Part shown: positions 40,349 through 50,939 of the stretch, piece after piece
Numbering within the stretch: the stretch's first letter is position 1
How the letters are laid out: each line of letters opens with the position of its first letter
Assembly: GCA_963708075.1 (NCBI GenBank)
Contig: OY970194.1
Span: 5,568,001-5,632,000, forward strand
Length of the DNA stretch: 64,000 nt
Direction of reading: 5' to 3'
Origin: Sedimentisphaerales bacterium
GTDB lineage: Bacteria; Planctomycetota; Phycisphaerae; Sedimentisphaerales; Anaerobacaceae
Program-made: the position numbers and the translations under genes
The notes under the pieces: model-generated
The model's database searches: none
Told to the model about the DNA's origin: nothing
The model's input: only the letters and a program-made list of their open reading frames with translations

Positions 40349-40780
40349 CTACACCGCTCTGCGTCTACGGAGCCGGCCGACCAGGCTCGCGCCGAGCAGC
40401 CCCAGCAGCGCCGCCCCGGGCGCGGGGACGGGGGCCCGCACCTCAATCAAGCCGTACCAGGGCCCATCGTCGTTGGCGCTCGAATGCAGGTACACATCCA
40501 GGCGGTACTCGTGCGTGGGATCGGCCGGGAGCACCTCCTCGAGTGGGCCTTCCAACGTGTAGTCGTGGTTCAGCCCATACTCATCCCGAAGATAATACAG
40601 TTGGTCGGCGGATGTCAGATCCGTCAGCTCAATGAGCAGGTGCTCGATCTCAATATTCCACAGATCGAAATCCGTCACCACGATGATCGTGTCTCCATCC
40701 GGCCGGAAGGTCCAGGTGCCCTCGGCCACGACACCCGCTCCAGACGATTGTACGTCCGGCGACCAGGCCTTGCTTTCCAC
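40349..40780 (-). CDS. PEP-CTERM-like (VPAPGA) sorting-domain protein, probably 5'-truncated
   Basis: C-terminus VPAPGAALLGLLGASLVGRLRRRRAV; no signal peptide; in-frame stop shortly upstream. Confidence 0.7.
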   Translation of the reverse strand: MESKAWSPDVQSSGAGVVAEGTWTFRPDGDTIIVVTDFDLWNIEIEHLLIELTDLTSADQLYYLRDEYGLNHDYTLEGPLEEVLPADPTHEYRLDVYLHSSANDDGPWYGLIEVRAPVPAPGAALLGLLGASLVGRLRRRRAV

Positions 40781-41075
40781 AGATGCGTGGAGGCCGCCGA
40801 TGTGAGCAAAATGCGGCCGGCGGATTCAGGATTGCGCTCACGGGAGTCAAGCCCTTTGCGGGGCCAAATCTCAGTATAATGGAGCACATCGTGATTGAAT
40901 AGCGGCTGCCCGGCTCAAAGCGTTGTTGACGCAAAGGCCGGGAAGATACAAGCGACGGTCGAGAACTCGGGCTACCGCCGGATGAAACAAGCGCAGGAAT
41001 CCCGATGAGAACCATCGTCGAGTTCCTGGAGACAACCACGACCGGCCGTCGAACATCAGCATAAGGAGCATAATC

Positions 41076-41540
41076 GTGCGAGGAGACAACATCACGTTTC
41101 GGACATTCGATACTGTCTTGCTGCAGGCGGGCTTGGCCGCGGGGTTGGCCATCCTCATGGCCGGATGTCAACAGAAATACTGGTACCAGGAAGGCAAGAC
41201 GTTCGACGAGTGCAAGGCCGACCATGAGGATTGTTGGACCGAACTGCTCAAGCGGACGGACCTGCGCTATGCGAGCAGTTACAAAGACCGCTTCCTGGGG
41301 GACTACATGCAGCGGAGAGGCTACTGGCCCATTTCGGAGGAGGACTTGCCGCTCGACGTAAAGCGTGAGGACCCGGGTGTGCCGTCGGACGTGCCCTGGA
41401 TTCGTTCCTACGGCGTGGCAGGAACCCTCAGCATGGCGTCCATCGGTCCGGCCGAACTACGCCCCCGCAGAATCCGCGATGCCGGCGTTCCGCAATCCGC
41501 AGGGAGTGTTACCGAGCCACTTACAACGTTCTCGTGGTAA
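41076..41540 (+). CDS. Hypothetical lipoprotein
   Basis: Lipobox LMAGC followed by QQKYWYQEGKTFDECKAD; SD AAGGAG upstream of the GTG. Confidence 0.7.
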   Translation: MRGDNITFRTFDTVLLQAGLAAGLAILMAGCQQKYWYQEGKTFDECKADHEDCWTELLKRTDLRYASSYKDRFLGDYMQRRGYWPISEEDLPLDVKREDPGVPSDVPWIRSYGVAGTLSMASIGPAELRPRRIRDAGVPQSAGSVTEPLTTFSW

Positions 41541-41680
41541 GAAATTCGGGGGGGACAGCTTACTTATTTCGGTTTTGAAGTGAGTCCGGTATCCCCAGAT
41601 TTAACCCACAACTGCCGTTTATCCGCAGATTGCGCAGAGTCTCGCAGATTCACGACTGACAACCGAGAACTGTCAAACGA

Positions 41681-41775
41681 TTGTTCACCACAGAGAGCCT
41701 GCCCCCGCGAAGGCGGGGGACGCCGAGGGCCGCAAGGGAAATATGGAACCGCCGATAAACGCGGATGAACGCAGA
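41681..41775 (+). repeat. 95-bp direct repeat, copy 2
   Basis: See 40126-40220. Confidence 0.9.
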
Positions 41776-41789
41776 TTCTCAACCTGCAA

Positions 41790-41945
41790 CTGCATTTTCA
41801 TTCCGCATTCCGCAATCATCATTCCGCATTGCGCGTCCCGCGCCGGCTCCGCATTCCGCAATCCGAAATCCGCAATCGCCCGGCCCCGCCGTGCCCCCAC
41901 CGACTACCGACTACCGGCTACCGACTACCGGCTACCGACTACCGC
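41790..41945. repeat. Heptamer tandem repeats (ATTCCGC)n and (CGACTAC)n
   Basis: CATTCCG CATTCCG CAATC... and CGACTAC CGACTAC CGGCTAC CGACTAC CGGCTAC CGACTAC read directly. Confidence 0.85.
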
Positions 41946-42892
41946 CTTTTCCCCTTGCAGGCTTCGCCTGCACTCGCCATAATACCGTCAGACATGCACC
42001 TCTGATGAAGCTGCGACAAGTTGGTTGGTGGCCCATACGGGCCGGACAGATGTGGTGAGGCCAAAGAAGACGCGGGGATTTGCGGAAAGTGAAATGTGTA
42101 GGTGCGACCCCCGGTCCTCCCGAGAAGTTGGTTGGCGGCCCCCATGGGCCGGACAGATGTAGTGAGGCTGAAAGATGACGCGGAGATTTGCAGAAAGTGA
42201 AATGTGTAGGTGTGACTCTCAACTTGCTCGGTGGCTTTTTTGTTGGTGCCGCCCCATTGTTTGAAGAAGAAGGGGGCTTTGGCGGCTATGCACTGGTCGC
42301 GGATGTCGATTACCCACTCGTGCGGCATGGGGCGAGCGCCGGGGCCGGACTCGCCGCCTAAGATGGCCCAGCCGATATCGGTGAGGTCGATGTTGGGGAT
42401 GGGACTCAACACGGGTTCGAGCGAGAGGAACTTCACCGCCGCGCCGGTTTGTCTCAGGTGGTCGATGCGGTAGGTGTAGTCGCTGTTCTCGACGGTGACG
42501 CCCATCCAGACGTTGTCGGGCCATGTCAGGCGGGGGCTGAGCTCTTTCAGTCTCTCGGAGCGTTTTGTCAGGATCTGGAAACGGTGCTGGTGGGCGCGGC
42601 GCATCACGTCGAAGACCTGCTGGATGAAGTCGAAGGGTACGTCTTTGTGGAACAGGTCGCTCATCGAGTTGACGAAGATCGAGCGGGGCTGTCGCCAGTG
42701 CAGCGGCAATTCGAGCATGTGCGCGTGAAGGGTGAGGCGGAACCCGTTGCGGTAGTTCGGCTGGCCCATCGCCTGCAGCCGGCGGGCCATCCGCTTGGCG
42801 TAGCAGTTCTGGCAGCCGGGGCTGACCTTTGTGCAGCCGGTCACCGGGTTCCATGTACATTCGGTCCATTCGATTTTCGAGTTTGCAGCCAT
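41939..42892 (-). CDS. DUF5131 / phage Gp37Gp68 family protein (radical-SAM-like) with aberrant C-terminus
   Basis: [64 protein letters not shown]. Confidence 0.92.
   Translation of the reverse strand: MAANSKIEWTECTWNPVTGCTKVSPGCQNCYAKRMARRLQAMGQPNYRNGFRLTLHAHMLELPLHWRQPRSIFVNSMSDLFHKDVPFDFIQQVFDVMRRAHQHRFQILTKRSERLKELSPRLTWPDNVWMGVTVENSDYTYRIDHLRQTGAAVKFLSLEPVLSPIPNIDLTDIGWAILGGESGPGARPMPHEWVIDIRDQCIAAKAPFFFKQWGGTNKKATEQVESHTYTFHFLQISASSFSLTTSVRPMGAANQLLGRTGGRTYTFHFPQIPASSLASPHLSGPYGPPTNLSQLHQRCMSDGIMASAGEACKGKRR
42014..42228. repeat. ~107-bp tandem duplication
   Basis: 42014-42120 and 42121-42228 share AAGTTGGTTGG, GGGCCGGACAGATGT and GAAAGTGAAATGTGTAGGTG. Confidence 0.9.
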
Positions 42893-43403
42893 GCACCTGC
42901 CTTACATGAGTCTGTCCTATTGTACGCGCAAATGAGTGAGCAATCAACTATACGAAGAAAATCGGAGGCCAGGTCAGCCTCAGGTTAAGCTCCGGTGGAC
43001 ATCTTGTCTGCCGGAGGAACAGGACGGGATCGTTTGTTTCCGGGGTGAAGAAGGGCAGGCAATCAGTTGTCAGTTCACGGTTGTTAGTTCTCAGTTGACG
43101 GATTTCCTCTCCGTGACCTCAGTGCCCCCCGCCTGCGCGAGGGCAAGCCTCCGTGGTTAGAGACGCATTTCATTGTTCCTAACCTCTGTGCCACAAAGGC
43201 GTTACGGTATGGGCGGAAAAATTTGATGATTTTTGAACTATTGTATGGACAATGGATCATAGCAGGGCTATGATCATGGTTGATGTATGAGGGTTGATGG
43301 TTGCTGTGTCAAATGAGCGAGGACCTGTTCAACGGCATAAATCAAACATCAAACATCAAACATCAAAAATCAACCATCACACTTGATTTGAGAGGGGCGA
43401 ATC

Positions 43404-44222
43404 ATGGCCAAGCAGGCGACTTGTCACACGTGTGTTTATGCTCACTGGGACCGGGCGGCGTGGCTGCGGAGCCTGGGGTCGGGGTGGCCGGCACGGCCGA
43501 CGTGCGGGAACCAGCCGGACTCGTACGGGCGATTGAAAGAGTGTCCCTGGGGCACGACCTGCCGGAACTACCGGGCCTGGCCGCCCGTGCCCACAGGCGA
43601 CGGCGTCAAGACGATCCCGCTGGGCGGCGGGTTGTATGCCTATGTGGATGCCGAGGATTACGAGTGGCTCAATCAGTGGCGCTGGCGGGTGTACGGCAAC
43701 GGGTACGCCGGGCGACGCGAGAACGGCAAGGGGATCTTCATGCACCGCGAAATCATGAAGCCCCCGAAGGGCAAGGTCGTGGACCACATCAGTGGCAATA
43801 AGCTCGACGACACCCGGGCCAATCTGCGCAACATCACGCAAGGACAGAACATTCGCAACAAAGCCAAGTGCTTTGGCAGCACCTCCATCTATAAAGGCGT
43901 CTACTACGACGAGAAGCGACACCGATGGGAGGCGCACATCTGCTTCGGTAACAGGAATCTCTTCCTTGGGCGCTTTGACAGCGAGGTGGAGGCGGCGCGC
44001 GCCTATGATCGCGCGGCGGTCGGGGCATTTGGGGAGTTCGCCCGGCTGAACTTCCCCGAGGGGTGGCCGGCCAAGAGGATACGGGAGGTTCACGCTCAAT
44101 GGCTGCGGGAGCAGGCCCGGCAAAAACGCAAGGCAAGGGCCGCAACCGCGAAGGCCAGGACGCGGACCAAAGCGCCGCGCGCAGAGCGCCGAAGAAGGCC
44201 GCGGGAAAAGCGAAGCGCGTGA
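43404..44222 (+). CDS. HNH endonuclease-AP2 domain protein with Cys-rich N-terminus
   Basis: AYVDAEDYEWL, MHREIM, VDHISGNKLDDTRANLR (HNH); SIYKGVYY..RWEAHI..LGRFDSEVEAARAYD..FARLNFP (AP2). Confidence 0.9.
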   Translation: MAKQATCHTCVYAHWDRAAWLRSLGSGWPARPTCGNQPDSYGRLKECPWGTTCRNYRAWPPVPTGDGVKTIPLGGGLYAYVDAEDYEWLNQWRWRVYGNGYAGRRENGKGIFMHREIMKPPKGKVVDHISGNKLDDTRANLRNITQGQNIRNKAKCFGSTSIYKGVYYDEKRHRWEAHICFGNRNLFLGRFDSEVEAARAYDRAAVGAFGEFARLNFPEGWPAKRIREVHAQWLREQARQKRKARAATAKARTRTKAPRAERRRRPREKRSA

Positions 44223-44402
44223 CAGAACGATCTTCACGGCGCGGCCTCGCTTCGCCCAGCCGCAAGTAAAACGGTTTCGCGCAGAGACGCGGAGACGCAG
44301 AGATCGGAGAACACAAATGGTTTTCCCACCCAGCGTCCCCATTCGACTTCGCTCAGGGCAGGCTCTGCGTCTCTGCGCGAGACAAAATTCTTAGGGTTTG
44401 CA

Positions 44403-47400
44403 CTACTTGTGTGCCGTGCCGGGTGTGCCGAACAGAGTCACGGCCCGCCAATTCTTGCCGAGATTGTTGTCGCTGGATACATCCATCAATTCAATGGTGT
44501 ATCCGGTTCCCCGGGCCGTCTGCGGCCAGGGAGCGACCGATCTGTAATCAACCCGGTCGATGACCTTGTTCTTTGGGTCCAGGACACGAAGGGATTCCCC
44601 ATCGCCGCTGAGTCCAAACCCAAGATTCCCCAGGCGGTCCTTGACATTGGGATGGATGGCTTTGAACTTGATTCTGTCCTCGCACAATACCAGATAGCTA
44701 TTGGGCCAGAGTACGGTGTCTGCAGGAAATGGATACGCGTGTCCCGCGCCGTCGGTGAGCTGCCATCCCGTCAGGTCGATGGCGGTGGCGGTACGATTGT
44801 ACATCTCAATCCAGTCGTCGCTGTCCGCCTCGGGGGCGGACGCGAAGTTGATTTCCGTGATGACGATCGGATCTGCGATGGTCGTGGCGGCCGCATTAAG
44901 AAAGGCGGTGAGTTGAACGTCGCCCGAAGGTGTGATCTTGATCTCGGGGGTATCGACCCGCTTCGTTTGAGCGACGGCAGAGGTTTCGCCGGACAGGGAA
45001 CAGTCGAAGCTGATGTCGGAGCTGCCCCTGCCGCTCTGGTGGATCTCCACGGCCAGGGTGTTGACGCCGGACTTCAAGTGAGCGGGAGAGACTTGAAACT
45101 CGGCAAAGCTGTTTTCATTCCCCTGAGAGGCCGGTGTCGCGGAATAAATGCTTCCTGATGGCATGCCGAAGCGTGCGATTTCCCGGCCGTTCAGATAGGC
45201 CACGGCCCCGTCATCCACCAGTAGAAAAAGCGACAACGAATGAAAACGTGTGATGTCGGTCAGCTCGAACGACTTGCGAAAATAGGTGGTGATATACTTG
45301 CGGTTCGCATCCCCGCCGTAGCCGACCACCGTGGCTTCATCTCCATCGCCGTAGCCGAGTTGGGCCGGGCCGGAGGGCCATGCCGTGTCGTTATAACCTG
45401 TCTGCTGCCATGCGGCGCCAAGGTCCGCTCCGGTGTCCGAGTATTTCCAGACGGATCCCGTGGACACAAGTTTCTCTGATGAGACCACAGTGGATGCAGC
45501 TTCCCAATGCGAGAAGGTGTACCCCAACCCGGGTGTCGCACGTACGACGATGGGAATATCGTTGAAGTACATCCCCCGGAATCCGTCGCGGAGTCGCTTG
45601 CCGTTGATTTGAAGCACGGCGGAATCCGGGACGTGCAGATCGAGGCGGATCTCGGAAGTCCCGCTCAACCCGAAGTGGTCGAGAACATGGCGTGTGGTCC
45701 TGGCGGGCCGCTCCACGGCAAAGACTCGCATCTCGTCGACATTCTGTTCCCAGGCCGCCATGGAGTCGAATGTAGGATTGATCCAGGTCTCCAGTGCATC
45801 GGGATCTTTCTGTCCTCCCCATCGGGTGATATGTCGCGGCATCTCGGGCGCCAGCGCCCCTGGAATTGATCGACGAATCCCACCAGACGCTCCGGATTGA
45901 AGGTGGTATTCATGTGATAGGCATAACGCTGGACAAACTCATTGCGAAAGCCTTCATTCTTCAGCAGGTTTCTGAATAGGCGTGTGGACCACTCCGAATT
46001 GGGCCAGCCTGTGCCCAAGGCGGTAGTCGTTCTCTCGATCATGTCCTCTTCGACCCACCCCAGGTCGAAGGATTGATCCATGTCGTAGTTGATCCACCGC
46101 CACCGCGCATGAGGTCCCGAGTCTGCCCGCCAGTATTTGACGTTGTTGCTGGGCCAATCCCTCTCCGCCAGGTAGATGTGGCCGATCATGTAGTCGATAT
46201 ACTGGTCGATGTCCATCTGAGCTTTGACGACCTCGTAGTGCGCGGGATCGGCCATGTCATGGGTGTTGGCGTAGTTCACCATGGCCGCGTAGCCGGAATC
46301 GGTCCCTACGAGAACGACGCTGTTGCCTCCCAGCAGATTCACTTCCTCCGGGTCAATGCCGAAGTTCCCGGCGACGTAGTGCTCATTGGTCTTCTCGCGA
46401 ATATTGTGGATGCCCCAGTATTGGCCGTTGATGAAAACGACCGCCGGGCGGTAGGCCTGAACGTCAACGTCCATGTATTCCACCAACACCATTTGTGATA
46501 TGGCATCACGGAAAAAGGTGTGTACCTGATCATCTCCCGAACATCTCAGGATGAAGGATTCAAAACGGTCGATATCCTTGTCCGGGAAGAGTTGATACTG
46601 AAATGACCCTTTGCCATACGCCTGGCGTGCGAACAGGGCCAACGCTCTCTGAGGATATCGGTGACGCGAACAACCGCCATGGATTTTCACGCCGGCGGGC
46701 TGATTGAAGCCCAGGCTCCCGTCCATTTCATACAGCTCAATATTCACAGGTCGTTCCCAATCCTGCTTCACATTGCTGATGGTGCTGTCACAGTAGCTAT
46801 CCTTTCCGTTAGTGCCGGTCACGTAAATCCCGCGTTCGTCGCTGAAGAAATTGTCCGGGTCCGTGACAATCGAGATGAAGGGAAGATGGACCGCCTCATC
46901 GATAAAATAGGTGTGCGTGACAACCGCACTGGGTGCAGCACCGTGTTTGTAGCCGATGGCGCGGACCGCCGTGGTGGCCTTCAGAGTGATCGGGGCCCGA
47001 TAGGGTAAGGCGCTGTCATCCGGCGGTGTCCCGTCGAGGGAATAGTAGATATCGATCTGCCCGGAATTCTGGAAGCGGAGCGTCTGGGTTCCCTGGTAGA
47101 ACCCTCCCGTGATTGAGAAAATCGGCTGTGGCGTCACCTGCACGCTATCTTGAGGGTCATTGGCTGCCCCGGGGCTGGGTGGACTGAAAAAGCTCCACTG
47201 ATCCGCATCGTTTGCCAGACGCCCGTACGACATATCATCCTGCTGCGCGTCGAAGCTCAGCGTATCCACGGGAGCGCCACCCGGCGCATACAGGCCGAGT
47301 TGCTCCCCTTCTTTGTCCAGCTTGAAATTCGTGTGGAGTCCGGTATTGCGACCATCGGCCCACAGGAGAAGAAAGCCGGTTCCAGGAATCCGGGTTCCGT

Positions 47401-47698
47401 CCGGGATCCGCCACTTCAACGGCTCATCCAGGTCATCGGTCAGGTAGTAGCCGCCAAGGTCCACGGCTCCGGGGGTCGTGTTGTGCAGTTCGATCCAGTC
47501 GGAGAATTCCTTGTACTGGGGATCCGTGTTCACCGTTTGGTTGGACGTGAGAAACTCACTGATCACGATCTCGGGCGGTTGACCCCACGTTGTCGTATGA
47601 AGGACGAGAAGGACATGCAGGCTCAACGCGAATTGTGCACGTGTATTCAAGGCAAACGCTCCCTCTAAAATATCCATGAATGAACGACATCGCCGCAA
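44403..47698 (-). CDS. CotH kinase family protein with lamin-tail domains; single-base deletion near 45858
   Basis: LTD (ISEF, DWIELHN), FN3-associated segment, CotH motifs (FINGQYWGIHNIREK, DWPSNN, WRWINYDMD). Adding one G to CAGGGGCG joins FQ-G-ALAPEMPRHITRWG. Exact start uncertain. Confidence 0.88.
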
Positions 47699-47952
47699 CG
47701 ACGTCGCTCCAGATCAGGCCGCCGCATCACCGCGGCCAACTCAGCCGGACCTGAAAGTCCATTGAACTCATCTGAGAGCGAAAGACACAGGGGTTTCCAG
47801 CGTGTTTGTCGAGAGGATCAAACCTAGAAGGATTGTTGCCGGGGGAGGCTGAATGCAAGGCGATTGCTTAGTCGCGTTTGGGGCGGGTATCGGGGAAAAT
47901 GCGGGAAATCGTTACCGATGGCTGCAAGGGGGATATAGATAAGGAGAGAACA

Positions 47953-48639
47953 ATGGTTACTCAGATGCAATTGGAACGGCTGCCTTTGATCGGGGATAAG
48001 GCGCCGGCGTTCGTGGCGGACAGCACACGGGGGACGATCCATTTTCCGGACGACTTCAAGGGCAAGTGGGTGATTTTCTTCTCGCACCCGTCGGACTTCA
48101 CGCCGGTGTGCACGACGGAGTTCATGGCGTTCGCGGCGATGGCGGAGGAGTTCCGGGAGCTTGATACCGAACTGATGGGGCTGTCGATCGACAGCACGTA
48201 CAGTCACATCGCCTGGCTGCGGACGATCCAGGACAGGATCGAGTACAAGGGACTGAAGCACGTCGAGGTGACGTTCCCGGTGATCAGCGACGTGACGATG
48301 GAGATTTCGCGGCTGTACGGCATGCTCCAGCCGGGGGCAAGCACGACCCAGGCCGTCCGCGCAACCTTCATCATCGATCCCCGGACGACGGTCCGGGCCA
48401 TCCTGTTTTACCCGCTGACCAACGGGCGCAACGTCGAGGAGATCAAACGCCTGCTGATCGCGATGCAGCACACCGATGAATACAAGATCGCCACGCCGGT
48501 GAACTGGCAGCCGGGCGAGGACGTTATCATCCCGCCTCCGGGCTCGTTCGACGCGGCAGAGGAACGCATAGAGAAAGCCGGGGACGAATACCAATGCCTG
48601 GACTGGTTCCTGTGCCTCAAGCAGGACCCGCACAAGTGA
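47953..48639 (+). CDS. Peroxiredoxin (Prx6-type)
   Basis: FSHPSDFTPVCTTEF; GRNVEEI; C-terminal CLDWFLC; SD AAGGAG. Confidence 0.95.
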   Translation: MVTQMQLERLPLIGDKAPAFVADSTRGTIHFPDDFKGKWVIFFSHPSDFTPVCTTEFMAFAAMAEEFRELDTELMGLSIDSTYSHIAWLRTIQDRIEYKGLKHVEVTFPVISDVTMEISRLYGMLQPGASTTQAVRATFIIDPRTTVRAILFYPLTNGRNVEEIKRLLIAMQHTDEYKIATPVNWQPGEDVIIPPPGSFDAAEERIEKAGDEYQCLDWFLCLKQDPHK

Positions 48640-48725
48640 CCGGGGACGGTCCGCTGGGCCGCCGTGACATGCAGGGCAATATCATTCTTTCTCTGATGCC
48701 TGCCTTTGAATGAAGCGCATCTCTA

Positions 48726-49145
48726 TCAGAGCCCGTTGATCCTCTGGTACTGAGTCGCTTCGAAATTCCTTGCCATCGTCCACACGGCGGCCCTGCACTG
48801 TGTCACGCGAAAGACCGCAAGCAGGCCGTAGCCATGCTTCTCGATCCACGATTTCATGAAAGGCCGGGCCTCGACGATCTCCTTCTTGAGATCCATGTCC
48901 TCCACGATCTCGGCGACACCGGCAATCCGCACCTGGGTATCCTGGCTGTTGAAGCACACCTCCACCCGCCTGTTCGCGAGCAGTTGTCTGCAGACCGCCT
49001 TGGGCCGGCCCGTATGAAAGATCAGGCCCGACGCATCCGCGCGGTACAGCATCATGCCGCGCACTCGCGGCTGGCTCCCCTCACAAGTAGCCAGATGGCA
49101 CACAGGATGAGCGTTCAGGAATTCCAGAATCTGCTCTCGATTCAT
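48726..49145 (-). CDS. Pyridoxamine 5'-phosphate oxidase family protein
   Basis: HLATCEGSQPRVRGM, FHTGRPKAVCRQLLANRRVEVCF. Confidence 0.88.
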   Translation of the reverse strand: MNREQILEFLNAHPVCHLATCEGSQPRVRGMMLYRADASGLIFHTGRPKAVCRQLLANRRVEVCFNSQDTQVRIAGVAEIVEDMDLKKEIVEARPFMKSWIEKHGYGLLAVFRVTQCRAAVWTMARNFEATQYQRINGL

Positions 49146-49235
49146 CCTAGCTCTTTCGGGACGATGGCCGTTTCCACGAGGATTTGGGAACTGGCTCTCG
49201 AACAAATGGTTTCCCGCACTTCCTTCACAATTGGG

Positions 49236-50444
49236 TCAGGATTCATGGCTTGCTGTATCTCGCAGGACTGCCTCAATCCGTTGATGGATGACGTCTTGGT
49301 TTGCCCGTATTGACCGCGCATACGCCACGATGGTCTCAACCAAACGCTTCGGCGAAATGTTTCCCAATCGCTTCGACCGGTAGAAGAACACTCCGCTGTA
49401 CTGGTTGAACTCTGCGTTTGTGGGATACTCTCCTGACCCATCGGGCAGCCGTCCAAAGTCGAACCAAAGCTTACCGCCGCCACCGTGTTGCCAGAGCGCT
49501 TTGGCGATTTCAATTGCCCTATTCTTGTGCTCGCCTGCAACTTCAACGACGAGCCGGAACTGATTCCCCTGCACTTGGATACCCAAGATCACCGGATTGC
49601 CGAGACGATGCTTGTCTATCACGAAATACTTGAGATCAAATAGCCCTACTCCACGCGTCAGATCAGTGCAAAGGAGCACCGAGCCTGCTTGTCCGTCATG
49701 TCCATCGCGCAGCTTCTCATGGAGAACGGCCGGAAATCCATCACCGCGAAGCGCATCTCCGACGCGTCGCTCCAACTGGGCGTAACGTATTTTGTCAATC
49801 AGGTCATGCAAACGGACGGCCTTGAGGCATTTGATGTCATTTCTGGCGAGGAAGAAGTCCTCCTGTTCGTTGTCCCAATCGATGGCGAATCGCATCTGGA
49901 GCGCATCGAGGTGAGTAATGAAGTCGATGTAGTCACGCAGCAATTGGCCGTGATAGCTGTCGACCCTCTCACTGTGCGGAAGAAGATCAAGGAGCTTGCC
50001 TGCCAACTCACGATAGGTGAGGTACTGCCACACAGTACCATCGGAAAGTCGGATGGCCGTTTCGTTGAGAGGCAAGAATGTGGGCCGGGTCAAGCTTAGA
50101 AGTAAGAAACCGGTCTGCTCCTTCTCCGGAAATCTCGCTGCGTACTCTTCCAACTGCTGCTTCGCGGGGAGGCTCTTCACCTTGTTCTCGATCACCAGTT
50201 GTGCGCCACCCGGATACGTCAACAGCAGATCGATGTTGTGTGATTCGCGACAGACGGTCAGATCTTCGCAGGTTAGAGGGGGGCGAGGAAGAAAGGCTGC
50301 AAAAAGGCGTCCGGCACGGTCGGAGTAAGCCTCGCACAACCATGCAAGGAGGTTGCTGTGAAAGAGTTCTTTGGAAGCAAGCGAGAGCTGGAACAACGGC
50401 GATTGCTTCAAGCCGCTGACGATCTGATCGAGTTTGTGGCTCAT
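49236..50444 (-). CDS. PD-(D/E)XK nuclease family protein
   Basis: SKELFHSNLLAWL, RESHNIDLL, VIENKVKS, QLEEY. Confidence 0.85.
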   Translation of the reverse strand: MSHKLDQIVSGLKQSPLFQLSLASKELFHSNLLAWLCEAYSDRAGRLFAAFLPRPPLTCEDLTVCRESHNIDLLLTYPGGAQLVIENKVKSLPAKQQLEEYAARFPEKEQTGFLLLSLTRPTFLPLNETAIRLSDGTVWQYLTYRELAGKLLDLLPHSERVDSYHGQLLRDYIDFITHLDALQMRFAIDWDNEQEDFFLARNDIKCLKAVRLHDLIDKIRYAQLERRVGDALRGDGFPAVLHEKLRDGHDGQAGSVLLCTDLTRGVGLFDLKYFVIDKHRLGNPVILGIQVQGNQFRLVVEVAGEHKNRAIEIAKALWQHGGGGKLWFDFGRLPDGSGEYPTNAEFNQYSGVFFYRSKRLGNISPKRLVETIVAYARSIRANQDVIHQRIEAVLRDTASHES

Positions 50445-50668
50445 CAGGTCTCCATCGCCTGGTAGACTCTGCCGTGCTGTTGAAGCCATTCGATGTCTCC
50501 GCGTTCGGCGTGTTCTTCAACATCATGCAGCAGTTGCAAGATCTCGGCTTCATAGCAGGGCTCCCTCCCATCATCCTCCGGGATGACAGCCTCAACCTCC
50601 ACCGCCACCACAAGACTATGCGTCCGAACCAGCCGCATGCGAGGCACTCGCTTACCGGGAATTCTCAT
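50444..50668 (-). CDS. Small hypothetical protein (74 aa)
   Basis: MRIPGKRV...GDIEWLQQHGRVYQAMET*; fits between the HicB gene and the nuclease with a TGATG overlap. Confidence 0.65.
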   Translation of the reverse strand: MRIPGKRVPRMRLVRTHSLVVAVEVEAVIPEDDGREPCYEAEILQLLHDVEEHAERGDIEWLQQHGRVYQAMET

Positions 50669-50679
50669 GGGCACCACCT

Positions 50680-50928
50680 TCACAGCGCGGCCGCGTGGTT
50701 CTTGGCATTCTGGATGACGATCTTGGGGTCCGGGTTGTTCTCCGGCACAGGAAGGCCCTGCTCCCTCAGCAATTCGACGTGTTCTTTCATTCCCCACTTG
50801 GTTTTGTACAGGCAGTCCTCGATGGAGTGCCCGATGCCGGTGAAGCCTTCCAGGTCGGGGGAGTAGAAGCCAAAGTAGTCCGGCTCTTCCGTAGCTTCGA
50901 TCACTAACGAGTATGGCAATTCAATCAT
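50680..50928 (-). CDS. HicB-family antitoxin (RNase H-like domain only)
   Basis: YSLVIE..FGFYSPDLEGFTGIGHSIEDC..LREQGLPVP. Confidence 0.85.
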   Translation of the reverse strand: MIELPYSLVIEATEEPDYFGFYSPDLEGFTGIGHSIEDCLYKTKWGMKEHVELLREQGLPVPENNPDPKIVIQNAKNHAAAL

Positions 50929-50939
50929 TTCATCACCTC

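Noticed and set aside
28368..42228. Diversity-generating retroelement (Avd-like gene plus the 107-bp repeat as TR/VR)
   Set aside because: No reverse transcriptase is in the window, and the mismatches between the repeat copies are not adenine-specific on either strand.
41939..44222. Prophage
   Set aside because: Only DUF5131 and HNH-AP2; no structural, terminase or integrase genes.
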